Assembly: GCF_030454045.1 (NCBI RefSeq)
Contig: NZ_JAKDJE010000004.1
Coordinates: forward strand, 5,593 to 69,592
DNA length: 64,000 nucleotides
Origin: Psychrobacter sp.
Lineage (GTDB): Bacteria; Pseudomonadota; Gammaproteobacteria; Pseudomonadales; Moraxellaceae
Reading direction: 5' to 3'
The position numbers and the translations under genes are program-made. The notes below the pieces were generated by a model. It was given only the letters and a program-made list of their open reading frames with translations, had not been told where the DNA came from and made no database searches. Below, in pieces: positions 20,737 through 30,574 of this stretch (its first letter is position 1; each line of letters starts with the position of its first letter).

Positions 20737-21864
20737 ATGCAAAAAAAATTCCAAAAATTCCGCATGGCTAGCATCCAGCCAACCAATAATAAACATATAA
20801 AAGCACGTGTACTTACCACCAGCAGTATACTTGCAGCAGCGATCATGATGACAGCTTGTAGTCCAACCGAAGGGGCGCAAAACAAAGCAGCAAACAATGC
20901 TAATGGTGAGACGCAGGATGTCAATCTACTCAATGTCTCCTATGATGTATCTCGCGACTTTTATAAAGAATATAACGCGCTATTTAGCACTGATTATCAA
21001 AAAACCCATCCAAACAGTAAGGTCAATATCAACCAATCGCATGGCGGCTCTAGTAAGCAGGCGCTCTCTGTTGCCAATGGACTACAAGCAGATGTGGTGA
21101 GCTTTAACCAAGAGAGTGATATAAATCTGTTGGTTGAGAAAGGTCTAGTCGCTTCTGACTGGCAGCAAGCACTACCAAATAATGCCGTGCCGTACACCAG
21201 CACTATGGTGCTACTGGTTCGTGCAGGTAACCCAAAAAACATTCAGGATTGGTCAGATTTAGCCCGTAACGATATCGATGTGGTCACGCCCAATCCCAAG
21301 ACCAGTGGTACGGCACGTTATGCCTTTTTGGGGGCTTACGGCTATGGCTTGCATCAATTTAAAGAAAACAGCAGTGACAACCCGGTTAAAACCAATGACT
21401 TTATCAAAAAACTGTTGGCAAACGTGGTCACTTATGACAATGGCGCGCGCGCTGCGACGACCAGCTTTACCCAGCGTGTCCTGGGCGATGTACTCATCAC
21501 TACCGAAAATGAGGCCAATTTGGTTGCTCAGCAATTCGCTAAAGGTCAGGTCGATATTGTTTATCCAAGCTACTCGATTGAGATTGCTAATCCAGTGGCA
21601 GTCGTCACTGCTGTAACTGACACAGCAGGCAAAACCAAAGCCGCAAATGCCTATCTAAAAGGCTTGTGGGACAAGCCTGCCCAAGAGCTGATGGCAGAGA
21701 TGTACATGCGCCCAAGTGATGAGCAAGTCCTTGCTGCGCACAAAGACACGTTGCCTAATATGGACACGTTTGAGCCTGTCGCCGTCTTTGGCCCATGGGC
21801 AGAGATTATGGATACTTTCTTTGTAGATGGTGGTCGTTTCGATCAGCTGGCACGTACTAAGTAG
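20737..21864 (+). CDS. sbp: sulfate/thiosulfate-binding protein, paralogue 1 (probable lipoprotein)
   Basis: Sbp/CysP-family core (LLNVSYDVSRDFYKEYN, QSHGGSSKQALSVANGLQADVV, TSGTARYAFLGAYGYG). Signal peptide ending in IMMTAC. Confidence 0.88.
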   Translation: MQKKFQKFRMASIQPTNNKHIKARVLTTSSILAAAIMMTACSPTEGAQNKAANNANGETQDVNLLNVSYDVSRDFYKEYNALFSTDYQKTHPNSKVNINQSHGGSSKQALSVANGLQADVVSFNQESDINLLVEKGLVASDWQQALPNNAVPYTSTMVLLVRAGNPKNIQDWSDLARNDIDVVTPNPKTSGTARYAFLGAYGYGLHQFKENSSDNPVKTNDFIKKLLANVVTYDNGARAATTSFTQRVLGDVLITTENEANLVAQQFAKGQVDIVYPSYSIEIANPVAVVTAVTDTAGKTKAANAYLKGLWDKPAQELMAEMYMRPSDEQVLAAHKDTLPNMDTFEPVAVFGPWAEIMDTFFVDGGRFDQLARTK

Positions 21865-22148
21865 TTATTTAGCTATTTAGTCATTGAGTTTTGGTTTGTA
21901 GCAGGGCTTGTGTCCTCACTGGCAAGTGACGCGCGTGCAATACATATCAGGCGCTTGCCAGTAGGGAATTCATCGACTAGCAAACAGCTAGTTATATATG
22001 CAAAGTATTTAAACAACTTATTGATATAATTGGTTTTGCCTACTTGTTATTCCCTTTTGGCAATAACATACGCATATTCATCATTAAACATAATAAGATG
22101 GCGCTGTTAGCATACTTGCATTACACAACTGACATCTTTGAGGTATTT

Positions 22149-23237
22149 ATGACAGACGTAGCTCGTTATCAACAAAAGAGCAAAACCCTTAGTGCCTTGA
22201 GTATCGCAGGCGTTGCTTTGACATTGGGTCTAACTGGCTGTAGCAACAGCGAGACGACTGAGGCAGCTGATGGTGCCGCAGCGACAGAGGGACAAAATAT
22301 TGAGCTACTCAATGTCTCTTATGATGTAGCACGTGACTTTTACAAAGACTACAACCCTTTGTTTGTTGAGCATTATAAAGCTGAGCATCCAGACAGCAAG
22401 ATTCTTATCAAGCAGTCACATGGTGGCTCAAGCAAACAGGCATTGTCTGTGGCTAATGGTCTACAAGCAGATGTGGCGACCATGAACCAAGGCTCAGATA
22501 TTGAGCTGCTCGAAAAAGAAGGTTTGGTTGATTCAGATTGGGAAAGCCAATTCCCTGACAATGCAGTGCCGTTTACTAGTACGATCGTATTTTTGGTACG
22601 TAAAGACAATCCAAAAAATATCAAAGACTGGGAAGATTTGACCAAAGATGGTGTTGAGATTGTCATGGCCAATCCAAAAGTGACGGGTAATGGTCGTTAT
22701 GCCTTCTTAGGTGCTTATGGGTATGGCCTCCATGCTTTTGATCAAGATGAAACAAAAGCTAAAGGCTACGTTAAAGACATGCTCAAAAACGTCAAAGTTT
22801 ATGAAAATGGCGGCCGCGCTGCGACAACGACTTTCGTACAGCGCGGTATCGGTGATGTACTAGTGACTTTTGAGAATGAAGCCAACCTTGCTGCAACTGA
22901 CTTTGGTGCCGGTCAAGTAGACATCGTTTATCCAAAATACTCAATCAAATCAGAAAGCCCTGTGGCTGTCGTGAAGACGGTAACAGACAAAAAAGGTACC
23001 ACAGACGCGGCCAAAGCGTATCTTGACTACTTGTGGAGTGAGCCTGCTCAGCAACTAGCAGCCGATTTATACTTACGTCCTAGCGTTAAGAGCGTTCTTG
23101 ACAAAAACAGTGACAAATTGCCACCTGTTGAGACTTTCCGCCCGAACGATGCCTTTGGCACATGGGATGAGATCATGAGCACTTACTTCAGTGATGGCGG
23201 TGTGTTTGATCAGTTGGCTGTTAATGCCCCGCAGTAA
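22149..23237 (+). CDS. cysP: sulfate/thiosulfate-binding protein, paralogue 2 (lipoprotein)
   Basis: Same family motifs as paralogue 1. Start at ATG 22149 (MTDVARYQQK) after gagg. Lipobox LGLTGC. The track start at 22044 is rejected. The sbp versus cysP assignment between the two copies is arbitrary. Confidence 0.88.
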   Translation: MTDVARYQQKSKTLSALSIAGVALTLGLTGCSNSETTEAADGAAATEGQNIELLNVSYDVARDFYKDYNPLFVEHYKAEHPDSKILIKQSHGGSSKQALSVANGLQADVATMNQGSDIELLEKEGLVDSDWESQFPDNAVPFTSTIVFLVRKDNPKNIKDWEDLTKDGVEIVMANPKVTGNGRYAFLGAYGYGLHAFDQDETKAKGYVKDMLKNVKVYENGGRAATTTFVQRGIGDVLVTFENEANLAATDFGAGQVDIVYPKYSIKSESPVAVVKTVTDKKGTTDAAKAYLDYLWSEPAQQLAADLYLRPSVKSVLDKNSDKLPPVETFRPNDAFGTWDEIMSTYFSDGGVFDQLAVNAPQ

Positions 23238-23317
23238 CGGCTGGCTAGCCTCATATAAATAGCAGTCATACCATCTATCGTAATGCCGCTGTTTATATAA
23301 AAGCCGCGAAGTATCCC

Positions 23318-23352
23318 ATAAAGGACATGGTCATACGTACTATGTCCTTTAT
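23318..23352 (+). other. intercistronic 11-bp perfect hairpin between cysP and cysT
   Basis: ataaaggacat-(13 nt)-atgtcctttat with no T-run. Plausible mRNA-stabilising or attenuating element after the binding-protein cistron. Confidence 0.5.
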
Positions 23353-23455
23353 ATTGTAAGCCGACCAATAATAATTTTAATAACAGTTGTGATAATAATG
23401 GTCTTACAGTGAGCACCCTCGCTAAGTACCATCAGTTAGGCAATAGGACATCACT

Positions 23456-24340
23456 ATGAGTGCAACATCTTCTTCTGCCCGTAAACCCGCTAATAAAAAA
23501 GGGTGGCTAACACGTTTGCGTCAGCGTAACGTGCTGCCTGGGTTCGGTCTGAGCATGGGCATTACTGTCTTTAGCTTGTCGTTATTGGTGGTCTTACCGT
23601 TCGCTATGATGGCTTATACCACAACCCAGATGGGCTGGACGGGTTTTTGGGAAACCATCACTCAGCCACAAGTGACGGCGGCTATCAAGCTGAGCCTATG
23701 GATGTCGTTTTTGGCGATGCTGACCAATATGGTCTTTGGTACGCTTGTCGCGTGGGTACTTGTCCGCTATGAGTTTTGGGGCAAGTCGTTAATTAATGCC
23801 TTGGTTGATTTGCCTTTTGCCTTACCAACCGCAGTGACGGGTATCTCGCTTGCCACCCTTTATGCCCCCAATGGCTTGATTGGTCAATGGTTTGCCAAGT
23901 TCGATATTCAGGTCGCCTTTACGCCGATAGGTATTTGGTTGGCATTGGTTGTGGTGAGCTTTCCCTTTATCGTTCGTGCCGTACAGCCAGTACTCGCTGA
24001 GCTGTCGGTTGAGTTTGAAGAAGCTGCCGCCGTATTGGGTGCCAATCGCTTAACCACCTTTCGCAAAGTAATTTTGCCAGAACTACTGCCGGCCTTACTC
24101 ATGGGCGCAGGTATGATGTTTGCCCGTGCCACTGGCGAGTATGGTTCGGTGATTTTTATCGCAGGTAATATTCCGATGCAGTCTGAGATTTTACCGCTCA
24201 TTATCATCAGTAAACTTGAGCAGTTTGATGTTCAAGGTGCTTCTGCGGTTGCACTGTTTATGCTACTCATATCGTTTGCGATTTTATTGACCATCAATAT
24301 CATGCAGTGGAAACTGTCGCACCGCGTAGGAGCTCGCTAA
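23456..24340 (+). CDS. cysT: sulfate ABC transporter permease CysT
   Basis: Polytopic BPD-transporter fold with an EAA-type loop (EEAAAVLGANRLTTFRKVILP). Position in the operon. Confidence 0.9.
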   Translation: MSATSSSARKPANKKGWLTRLRQRNVLPGFGLSMGITVFSLSLLVVLPFAMMAYTTTQMGWTGFWETITQPQVTAAIKLSLWMSFLAMLTNMVFGTLVAWVLVRYEFWGKSLINALVDLPFALPTAVTGISLATLYAPNGLIGQWFAKFDIQVAFTPIGIWLALVVVSFPFIVRAVQPVLAELSVEFEEAAAVLGANRLTTFRKVILPELLPALLMGAGMMFARATGEYGSVIFIAGNIPMQSEILPLIIISKLEQFDVQGASAVALFMLLISFAILLTINIMQWKLSHRVGAR

Positions 24341-24341
24341 T

Positions 24342-25280
24342 ATGCAAATATCTAATAGCTACGACTACCAAAGCAACGCTGCGACCAAAGACACGCCATG
24401 GATCCGCCGCACTTTTATTGTCATTGCCGTATTATTTATGGTTTTGATGTTGGTCATTCCTTTACTGGCTGTGTTTTATGAGGCATTTAAAAACGGCTGG
24501 CAGTTATATCTTGCATCATTGGTTGACCCTGAGGCGCTCCAAGCCATCAAACTCACATTGATCACAGCGGCGATTGTTTTACCGATTAATATGGTTATGG
24601 GTATTGCGATTGCGTGGTTGGTCACACGCTATCAGTTCAAAGGTAAGCAGCTGGTGACGACGTTACTTGATTTGCCATTTTCTGTGTCGCCCGTCGTCGC
24701 AGGTTTGATGTTCGTACTTCTATTTGGTTTGAATTCTACGATCGGTGGATGGCTTGAGAGCATGGGTTTTCAGGTGATCTATGCAGTACCTGGTATTATT
24801 TTGGCGACGCTATTTGTCACCTTTCCTTTTGTTGCACGTGAGCTGATACCACTAATGCAGACCCAAGGCGACTCTGAAGAGCAAGCCGCATTAACCTTGG
24901 GTGCGACAGGCTGGCAGACTTTTTGGCATGTGACATTGCCTAATATTAAATGGGCGCTGCTATATGGTTTGATTTTGACCAATGCACGTGCGATGGGGGA
25001 GTTCGGCGCTGTCAGTGTCGTATCTGGTCATATTCGCGGTGAGACTAATACCATACCGCTGTTGGTTGAGATTGCCTATAATGATTATAACTTTACCGCT
25101 GCATTTGCCTTATCGAGCTTACTTGCCGCACTTGCCTTAGTGACGCTATTGATTCAGCAAGTCATGACCAAAATGCAAGAGCGTAAATTTGCTAAGTCTG
25201 AACGTTTGGCGGCTGCCCCTGAGCTACCAGCGAGTGCCAATGCAACGACGTCAACGGCTGAGAGTACTAGTAAGCTATAA
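24342..25280 (+). CDS. cysW: sulfate ABC transporter permease CysW
   Basis: Second permease, starting 1 nt after the cysT stop. EAA loop EEQAALTLGATGWQTFWHVTLP. Confidence 0.9.
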   Translation: MQISNSYDYQSNAATKDTPWIRRTFIVIAVLFMVLMLVIPLLAVFYEAFKNGWQLYLASLVDPEALQAIKLTLITAAIVLPINMVMGIAIAWLVTRYQFKGKQLVTTLLDLPFSVSPVVAGLMFVLLFGLNSTIGGWLESMGFQVIYAVPGIILATLFVTFPFVARELIPLMQTQGDSEEQAALTLGATGWQTFWHVTLPNIKWALLYGLILTNARAMGEFGAVSVVSGHIRGETNTIPLLVEIAYNDYNFTAAFALSSLLAALALVTLLIQQVMTKMQERKFAKSERLAAAPELPASANATTSTAESTSKL

Positions 25281-25377
25281 GTTGTTTGGGTAAGTATTCA
25301 GGGTTGTTCAATCATATTGACACAGTCGTTAAGACATCAGTCTCAATACGACAAAAGATATTATAAGAGATACCATT

Positions 25378-26100
25378 ATGAGCATTGAGATTCGCAACGT
25401 TAATAAAAAATTTGGTGACTTTACGGCTTTAGATAACATCAATATTACTGTGCCAACTGGCAAGCTGACGACCTTGCTAGGCCCATCAGGCTGCGGTAAG
25501 ACCACATTGCTACGTATCATTGCGGGTCTGGAATATGCCGACTCTGGACAGGTACTGTTTGATGAGCTGGATGTCACCAATACGCCAGTACAAAAGCGTC
25601 ATATTGGCTTTATGTTTCAGCATTATGCGTTGTTCCGTCATAAGAGCATCGCGGATAACGTTGCCTTTGGATTGACGTTGCTACCAAAAAATGAGCGACC
25701 TAGTAAGGCGGATATCAATAAGCGCGTGGCTGAGCTGTTAGAGTTGGTGCAGCTGCCACAAGTCGCTAATGCGTACCCACATCAACTATCAGGTGGTCAG
25801 CGTCAGCGAATTGCCTTAGCCCGTGCACTGGCAGTAAAACCAAAGTTACTATTGCTAGATGAGCCATTTGGTGCGTTAGATGCCAAAGTACGTAAGGAGC
25901 TGCGCACGTGGCTAAAAAATATCCATCATGAGCTTGGCATCACAAGTATCATGGTGACTCATGACCAAGAAGAGGCGCGTGCGGTATCAGATGAGATCGT
26001 CGTGATGAATCAAGGGCGAGTAGAGCAGGTAGGAACGTCAGAGGAGTTGATACATCATCCAGCCAATGCGTTTATCAGCGACTTCTTAGACTTGGCATAG
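25378..26100 (+). CDS. cysA: sulfate ABC transporter ATPase CysA, short form (240 aa, NBD only)
   Basis: [13 protein letters not shown]..., Walker [10 protein letters not shown], signature [15 protein letters not shown], Walker [13 protein letters not shown]. Ends right after [11 protein letters not shown], so the C-terminal regulatory domain is absent. Confidence 0.9.
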   Translation: MSIEIRNVNKKFGDFTALDNINITVPTGKLTTLLGPSGCGKTTLLRIIAGLEYADSGQVLFDELDVTNTPVQKRHIGFMFQHYALFRHKSIADNVAFGLTLLPKNERPSKADINKRVAELLELVQLPQVANAYPHQLSGGQRQRIALARALAVKPKLLLLDEPFGALDAKVRKELRTWLKNIHHELGITSIMVTHDQEEARAVSDEIVVMNQGRVEQVGTSEELIHHPANAFISDFLDLA

Positions 26101-26144
26101 GGCTCGGCGTTTACTTTTTGTCCTTTATAACAGATCAGAGTAAG

Positions 26145-26188
26145 CAAACTAAAAAAACCTACACATTTATGTAGGTTTTTTTAGTTTG
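26145..26188. terminator. bidirectional terminator (cysA / arsR-family gene) with a 19-bp perfect stem
   Basis: caaactaaaaaaacctaca-cattta-tgtaggtttttttagtttg. Confidence 0.85.
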
Positions 26189-26234
26189 TCGAGTCATCTG
26201 TACCACAGACAACCATCCTAAATAGCCGCGCTAT

Positions 26235-26564
26235 CTAGGCAAGCTTTGATGCGTCGCTATCTGACTCATTAGGCAAGAGCTGGTCATAAGTAATATTCAA
26301 GATATCTTGACACCATTCTGGCAAATCATCAGCGACTTCATACCACATCCATGTGCCATCACGCACATAGCTCAAAATACCCAATTTCTTCAAATGGTTC
26401 AGGTGACGCGATATCGTTGGTTGTGGTTGATCCAGTATGTCTACCAGATCACCCACGCAACGGGCTTCTTTTTTGAAAAGAATTTGAAATATTTTTAGAC
26501 GTGTCGGATCAGATAAGACTTTAAATAGATCAATAGGTCGTATCGTAAAATTATTATCAGACAT
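26235..26564 (-). CDS. ArsR/SmtB-family transcriptional regulator
   Basis: Winged HTH: FKVLSDPTRLKIFQILFKKEARCVGDLVDILDQPQPTISRHLNHLKKLGIL. Has a single Cys (CVG) rather than the CVC arsenite site. Confidence 0.85.
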   Translation of the reverse strand: MSDNNFTIRPIDLFKVLSDPTRLKIFQILFKKEARCVGDLVDILDQPQPTISRHLNHLKKLGILSYVRDGTWMWYEVADDLPEWCQDILNITYDQLLPNESDSDASKLA

Positions 26565-26764
26565 AGAAAAATTCCAGTGTGCTTCGTTTATAGGGGTTCA
26601 ATATACCAGCAGTTATTCATAAAATCGATTAAAAAATAATCAAAATTACAGTTCATCGTAAATTTACTACCTTTCACAATATTCGGTTACAGGCACACTT
26701 ATATCCGCTTACACAAATGTATAACCTGAGACAATGCTGTGACTGATAAATATACCGAATGTGA

Positions 26765-26793
26765 TTGAAAATGATAATAGTTATCGTTATTAT
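26765..26793 (+). promoter_or_regulatory. bfd promoter with embedded Fur box
   Basis: gaaaatgataatagttatc (26767-26785) matches GATAATGATAATCATTATC at 16/19. It sits between a -35 ttgaaa (26765-70) and a -10 tattat (26788-93) with 17-nt spacing. Confidence 0.7.
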
Positions 26794-26926
26794 ACTGCAT
26801 AGAATAAACGTGGTGTTTAATAATACATCACAGCCAATGATCGTTAGCAGCTTTCACCCATGATCTTATCAATCACTCAGTAGTGCACAGCAATTATCGA
26901 ATAGTGGTATTCAGAGGAGCCAATCC

Positions 26927-27118
26927 ATGTACGTATGTATCTGTAATAACGTCAAAGAAAAGCAAATCAAAGCAGCCATTGCCTCTGGTGTCGATACGCT
27001 CGATGGTCTAAAAGACACGCTCGACGTTGCAACTTGCTGTGGATGCTGTGAGCCTATGGTCAATGATTACTTAGACGAACATCACGCAGCACTCGATGTC
27101 TTAGCGTATGCTGTCTAG
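26927..27118 (+). CDS. bfd: bacterioferritin-associated ferredoxin
   Basis: 63 aa, MYVCICNNV...CCGCCEP [2Fe-2S] cysteine pattern. Lies upstream of the bfr genes. Confidence 0.9.
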   Translation: MYVCICNNVKEKQIKAAIASGVDTLDGLKDTLDVATCCGCCEPMVNDYLDEHHAALDVLAYAV

Positions 27119-27500
27119 GCGCTTTTGAACCAAACCCCGTTATCTTGGGTCTGACCATCCGATGAAATATATTCCAAATTATAAATATATAATTTTATTA
27201 TACATAAAGAATAGGTCATAAGCGTCCATATAACCTCATCGATACGCCAGCATCGTTGCTACCACTCTACATCAAATATTGTGCTTAACTGCTGTGGTTA
27301 ATTACAATTCTCAATTAGCATCTCATTCTTAGTTCACAACATTACATGCGATGTAGCGACTGTATGCTACTATATCTGTCTAAAATTGTAAGACGTTCGA
27401 TAGATTTTACTCTTTACTGATCAGTTTACGTATTCAGGTATCTTTATATGTAAATATATGAATATATAGATCGGTAAAAACATATAGAGGAGTGTACATT

Positions 27501-27989
27501 ATGAAAGGCAGTCAAAAAGTTATTGATTATTTGAATTTCTTATTGGGCGGTGAGCTGGCGGCACGTGATCAGTATTTTATCCACTCAGAGATGTATGCTG
27601 AATGGAGCTATGGCAAATTGTACGATCGTATCCATCATGAAATGGAAGATGAGACACTGCATGCGCAGGCGATTATTCGTCGCATTCTCATGCTGAGTGG
27701 TACACCCAACATGACGATCGATCAGATCAATATCGGCAGCACGGTTCCTGAGATGCTACAGATTGATCTTGATTTAGAATATAAAGTACAGAAACATCTA
27801 AAAGAAGGCATTGCGCTTTGTGAAGCAGAACACGACTATGTCACACGTGAGATGCTGGTTGAGCAGCTAAAAGATACTGAAGAAGACCATGCGCATTGGC
27901 TTGAGCAACAGTTGCGCTTAATTGACATGATTGGTCTGCCTAATTATCTACAAACCCAAGTGGCTGAAGTCACTCCCAATCTTGTTTGA
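27501..27989 (+). CDS. bfr: bacterioferritin subunit, ferroxidase-competent type lacking the heme Met52
   Basis: [27 protein letters not shown]18, E51, H54, E94, E127 and H130 equivalents are present. Position 52 is Thr (EDETLH). Start at ATG 27501 after agagga. Confidence 0.88.
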   Translation: MKGSQKVIDYLNFLLGGELAARDQYFIHSEMYAEWSYGKLYDRIHHEMEDETLHAQAIIRRILMLSGTPNMTIDQINIGSTVPEMLQIDLDLEYKVQKHLKEGIALCEAEHDYVTREMLVEQLKDTEEDHAHWLEQQLRLIDMIGLPNYLQTQVAEVTPNLV

Positions 27990-28049
27990 TATCATCATAG
28001 ATATAAATAAAACATAACACTTAGTACAAATATGAAAGGGAGAGAGACA

Positions 28050-28532
28050 ATGAAAGGGGATAAAGAGGTTATCCGCGCACTTAACAAAGTACTTGGACAG
28101 TCATTGATTGCTATTAATCAGTACTTTTTGCACGCACGTATTGCCCGTCACTGGGGATTAGAATCTCTAAATGACTCACTTTATAAGCAGTCGATTGCTG
28201 AGATGAAATGGTCAGACGATTTGATCGCACGCATTTTGTTGTTGGATGGTTTGCCTAACTTACAAGAGCTTGGTAAGGTGTTGGTTGGGGAAGATGTACC
28301 AGAAGTGATTGAGTGCAATCTGCGCCTTGAGAAGCAAAAATTTGATATCATCACCGATGCAATCACCTTGTGCGAGACAAAGTCTGACTATGTCTCTCGC
28401 CAGCTGTTGGTCACGTTAAAAGATGGCAGTGAAGAATATCAAGACTGGCTAGAGACGCAGGAAGATTTGATCGAAAGTATTGGTGCAGAACGCTATATTC
28501 AATCACAAATCAATGATGACGAGACACCTTAA
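28050..28532 (+). CDS. bfr: bacterioferritin subunit, heme-binding type with degenerate ferroxidase site
   Basis: MKGDKEVIRALNKVLGQSLIAINQYFLHAR. Met52 is retained (AEMKW) but E18->S, H54->W and H130->Y (GSEEYQDW). Start at ATG 28050. Confidence 0.88.
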   Translation: MKGDKEVIRALNKVLGQSLIAINQYFLHARIARHWGLESLNDSLYKQSIAEMKWSDDLIARILLLDGLPNLQELGKVLVGEDVPEVIECNLRLEKQKFDIITDAITLCETKSDYVSRQLLVTLKDGSEEYQDWLETQEDLIESIGAERYIQSQINDDETP

Positions 28533-28569
28533 ACGATTGGCTTAGTCTAGCCGATAATAAAACCGAATG

Positions 28570-28597
28570 AAAAGCCAGCGATTATGCTGGCTTTTTT
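28570..28597 (+). terminator. rho-independent terminator after the bfr genes
   Basis: aaaagccagc-gattat-gctggctttttt. Confidence 0.85.
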
Positions 28598-28610
28598 GTG
28601 TCTTACTTTT

Positions 28611-28970
28611 TTATACAGGATTTTTTGTACAGGGATAAAGGGTTATATGGAGAATAGGAAAAGGTTTGCCCATATCGTCAAATGGTGAGCGGAAAACGAC
28701 AGCTGTTTACCGATGCCTTTTCCTCTTGCCTTATCTGTGACAAATAGCATTTCAATCTTTGAACCCTTTATTTTAATAAAGCCCAGCATGGAACCATTAC
28801 CGTCTTTGATACATTTTAGGGTCAATGCAGGCAAGCATTTTTTAATGATGATAGGTCTAAAAAAAGGCAATATCTTCTTCTGTGATAAAGTCATGGGTTG
28901 CTCGAACAGAGTTTTCCCAAACAGCCATCAACGCGGCATAGTTTTCAAGAAATACGTCTTCTATCGCCAT
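28611..28970 (-). pseudogene. decayed GNAT (YjaB-like) N-acetyltransferase
   Basis: MAIEDVFLENYAALMAVWENSVRATHDFITEEDIAFF runs into a stop inside a 7-nt homopolymer (28859-28865). It continues in another frame as RPIIIKK...GFIKIKGSKIEMLFVTDKARGKGIGKQL. About 30 codons are then missing, and the tail FDDMGKPFPILHITL lies in a third frame. Confidence 0.8.
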
Positions 28971-28984
28971 AGTATTTTCTCTCA

Positions 28985-30361
28985 TTAGTACAGACCGCGA
29001 CCATCCTCTGGCTTTAGCCGTAAAAAACCCAGCCCTGAGAGAATAGTAAAGCCGCCCAGCACCCAATAAGTGATTTGAAAAGCTTGTAGGGTATCCACTT
29101 GAAACCGATCACGTAATAAGTTTAGTAATGCGGCACCAAAGGCAATACCCAAGCCGATTGCCATTTGCTGATTGACGGCCATTAAGCTGTTGCCACTACT
29201 GGTCTGTGCCCCTTGTAAATCGCCGATAGTGATGGTATTCATGGCACTGAACTGGATTGAGTTACAAACACCAATCACAATCAGCACCGGGATCATCCAT
29301 GGCCACTGCGCCGCATCTGAGAACTGTCCTAGTACAATGATCAGTAAACCCAAAATAAGGGTGTTGTATACCAATACGGTACGGTAACTATAACGCTGAA
29401 TAATTTTGCTGACAAAGGGTTTTATCCCAAGTGCACCAACTGCAATGGGTGCTAATAACCAGCCTGCCTGCGAAGGTGTGTATTCAAACACGACTTGTAA
29501 TAGTAATGGTAATAAAAAAGGCACGGCACTGATGCCAATACGCGTGGATAGATTGCCAGTAATACCAATACGAAAAGTAGGCACATTAAAGAGTGTCAAA
29601 GAAAATAGCGGCGCAACATGGCGTTTAGCATGCCATACATAGGTCAGTAAAAAACCAATCGATGCGGCAGCTAGCAATAGCGTATTGTAACCGTGGCCCA
29701 CTTTTGAACCCATCTCAACCGCTAACGTCAACGCGCACGCACCCAATGCGAACAGCCCAAAACCGACCCAGTCTAAAGACTGCTTATCCCCAAACAGCGC
29801 AGGTATGAGTTTTTTGCCAATGACAAACCCCACCACGCCCATTGGAATATTGATCAAAAATATCCAGTGCCAACTGGCATATTGGACCAAATACCCGCCA
29901 AGCAAGGGTCCAACCAGAGGCGCGACCAAGGCAGGAATTACTGCAAAATTCATTACCGTTAATAACTGATTACGCGGGTAGGACTTTACCAAAATCAAGC
30001 GCCCAACTGGGGTCATCATAGCGCCGCCAATACCTTGTATCACCCGTGATACCACCAAAAAGTTCAATGTGGACGCCATCGCGCACAGCAGTGAACCGAT
30101 GCAAAATATCACAATAGCGGAGAGAAAAACGCGGCGCGTACCGTATTTGTCTGCCAAAAACCCACTAATTGGAATAAAAATTGCCAAGGTCAATGCATAG
30201 CTGATAACGGCCCACTGCATTTTTAACGGTGACTCATCTAATGCCAAGGCCATCTGCGGCAGTGCGGTGTTCAGGATAGTGGCATCCAGAATTTGCATGA
30301 ATAGCGCCACTGCTAACACATAGGGTAGGTATTTATTTTGAGTTGGGGTGAGCGTTAGCAT
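28985..30361 (-). CDS. MFS transporter (drug:H+ antiporter-like)
   Basis: 458 aa and polytopic. MFS motif A GFLADKYGTRRVF. Substrate unknown. Confidence 0.85.
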   Translation of the reverse strand: MLTLTPTQNKYLPYVLAVALFMQILDATILNTALPQMALALDESPLKMQWAVISYALTLAIFIPISGFLADKYGTRRVFLSAIVIFCIGSLLCAMASTLNFLVVSRVIQGIGGAMMTPVGRLILVKSYPRNQLLTVMNFAVIPALVAPLVGPLLGGYLVQYASWHWIFLINIPMGVVGFVIGKKLIPALFGDKQSLDWVGFGLFALGACALTLAVEMGSKVGHGYNTLLLAAASIGFLLTYVWHAKRHVAPLFSLTLFNVPTFRIGITGNLSTRIGISAVPFLLPLLLQVVFEYTPSQAGWLLAPIAVGALGIKPFVSKIIQRYSYRTVLVYNTLILGLLIIVLGQFSDAAQWPWMIPVLIVIGVCNSIQFSAMNTITIGDLQGAQTSSGNSLMAVNQQMAIGLGIAFGAALLNLLRDRFQVDTLQAFQITYWVLGGFTILSGLGFLRLKPEDGRGLY

Positions 30362-30574
30362 GTCAATCCCATTGGGTATCTCATTATGAAGTCAAAAAAA
30401 TCGCCTCTGACAATCAGAGCTGCCAGAATGCGCGATATAAGTTGAGTAGTATAAGAAAGCTTGTATCGTAATAAAAGTAGCTCAAGGTAACGAGATACCC
30501 TGATAGGCTTGAATCATTAGGTGATATGTCATCACTCACAGCAAAATCGTAACATTGATTACAAGAGAAGACTT

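Noticed and set aside
20619-20933. 104-aa hydrophobic minus-strand ORF overlapping the sbp start
   Set aside because: It overlaps the sbp signal-peptide region in antisense. Its hydrophobicity mirrors the complementary codons, and there is no RBS.
22044-22148. Longer start for the second sulfate-binding protein (track ORF from 22044)
   Set aside because: The upstream 35 codons begin at a TTG in AT-rich promoter-like DNA. ATG 22149 has a gagg RBS and begins a proper signal peptide.
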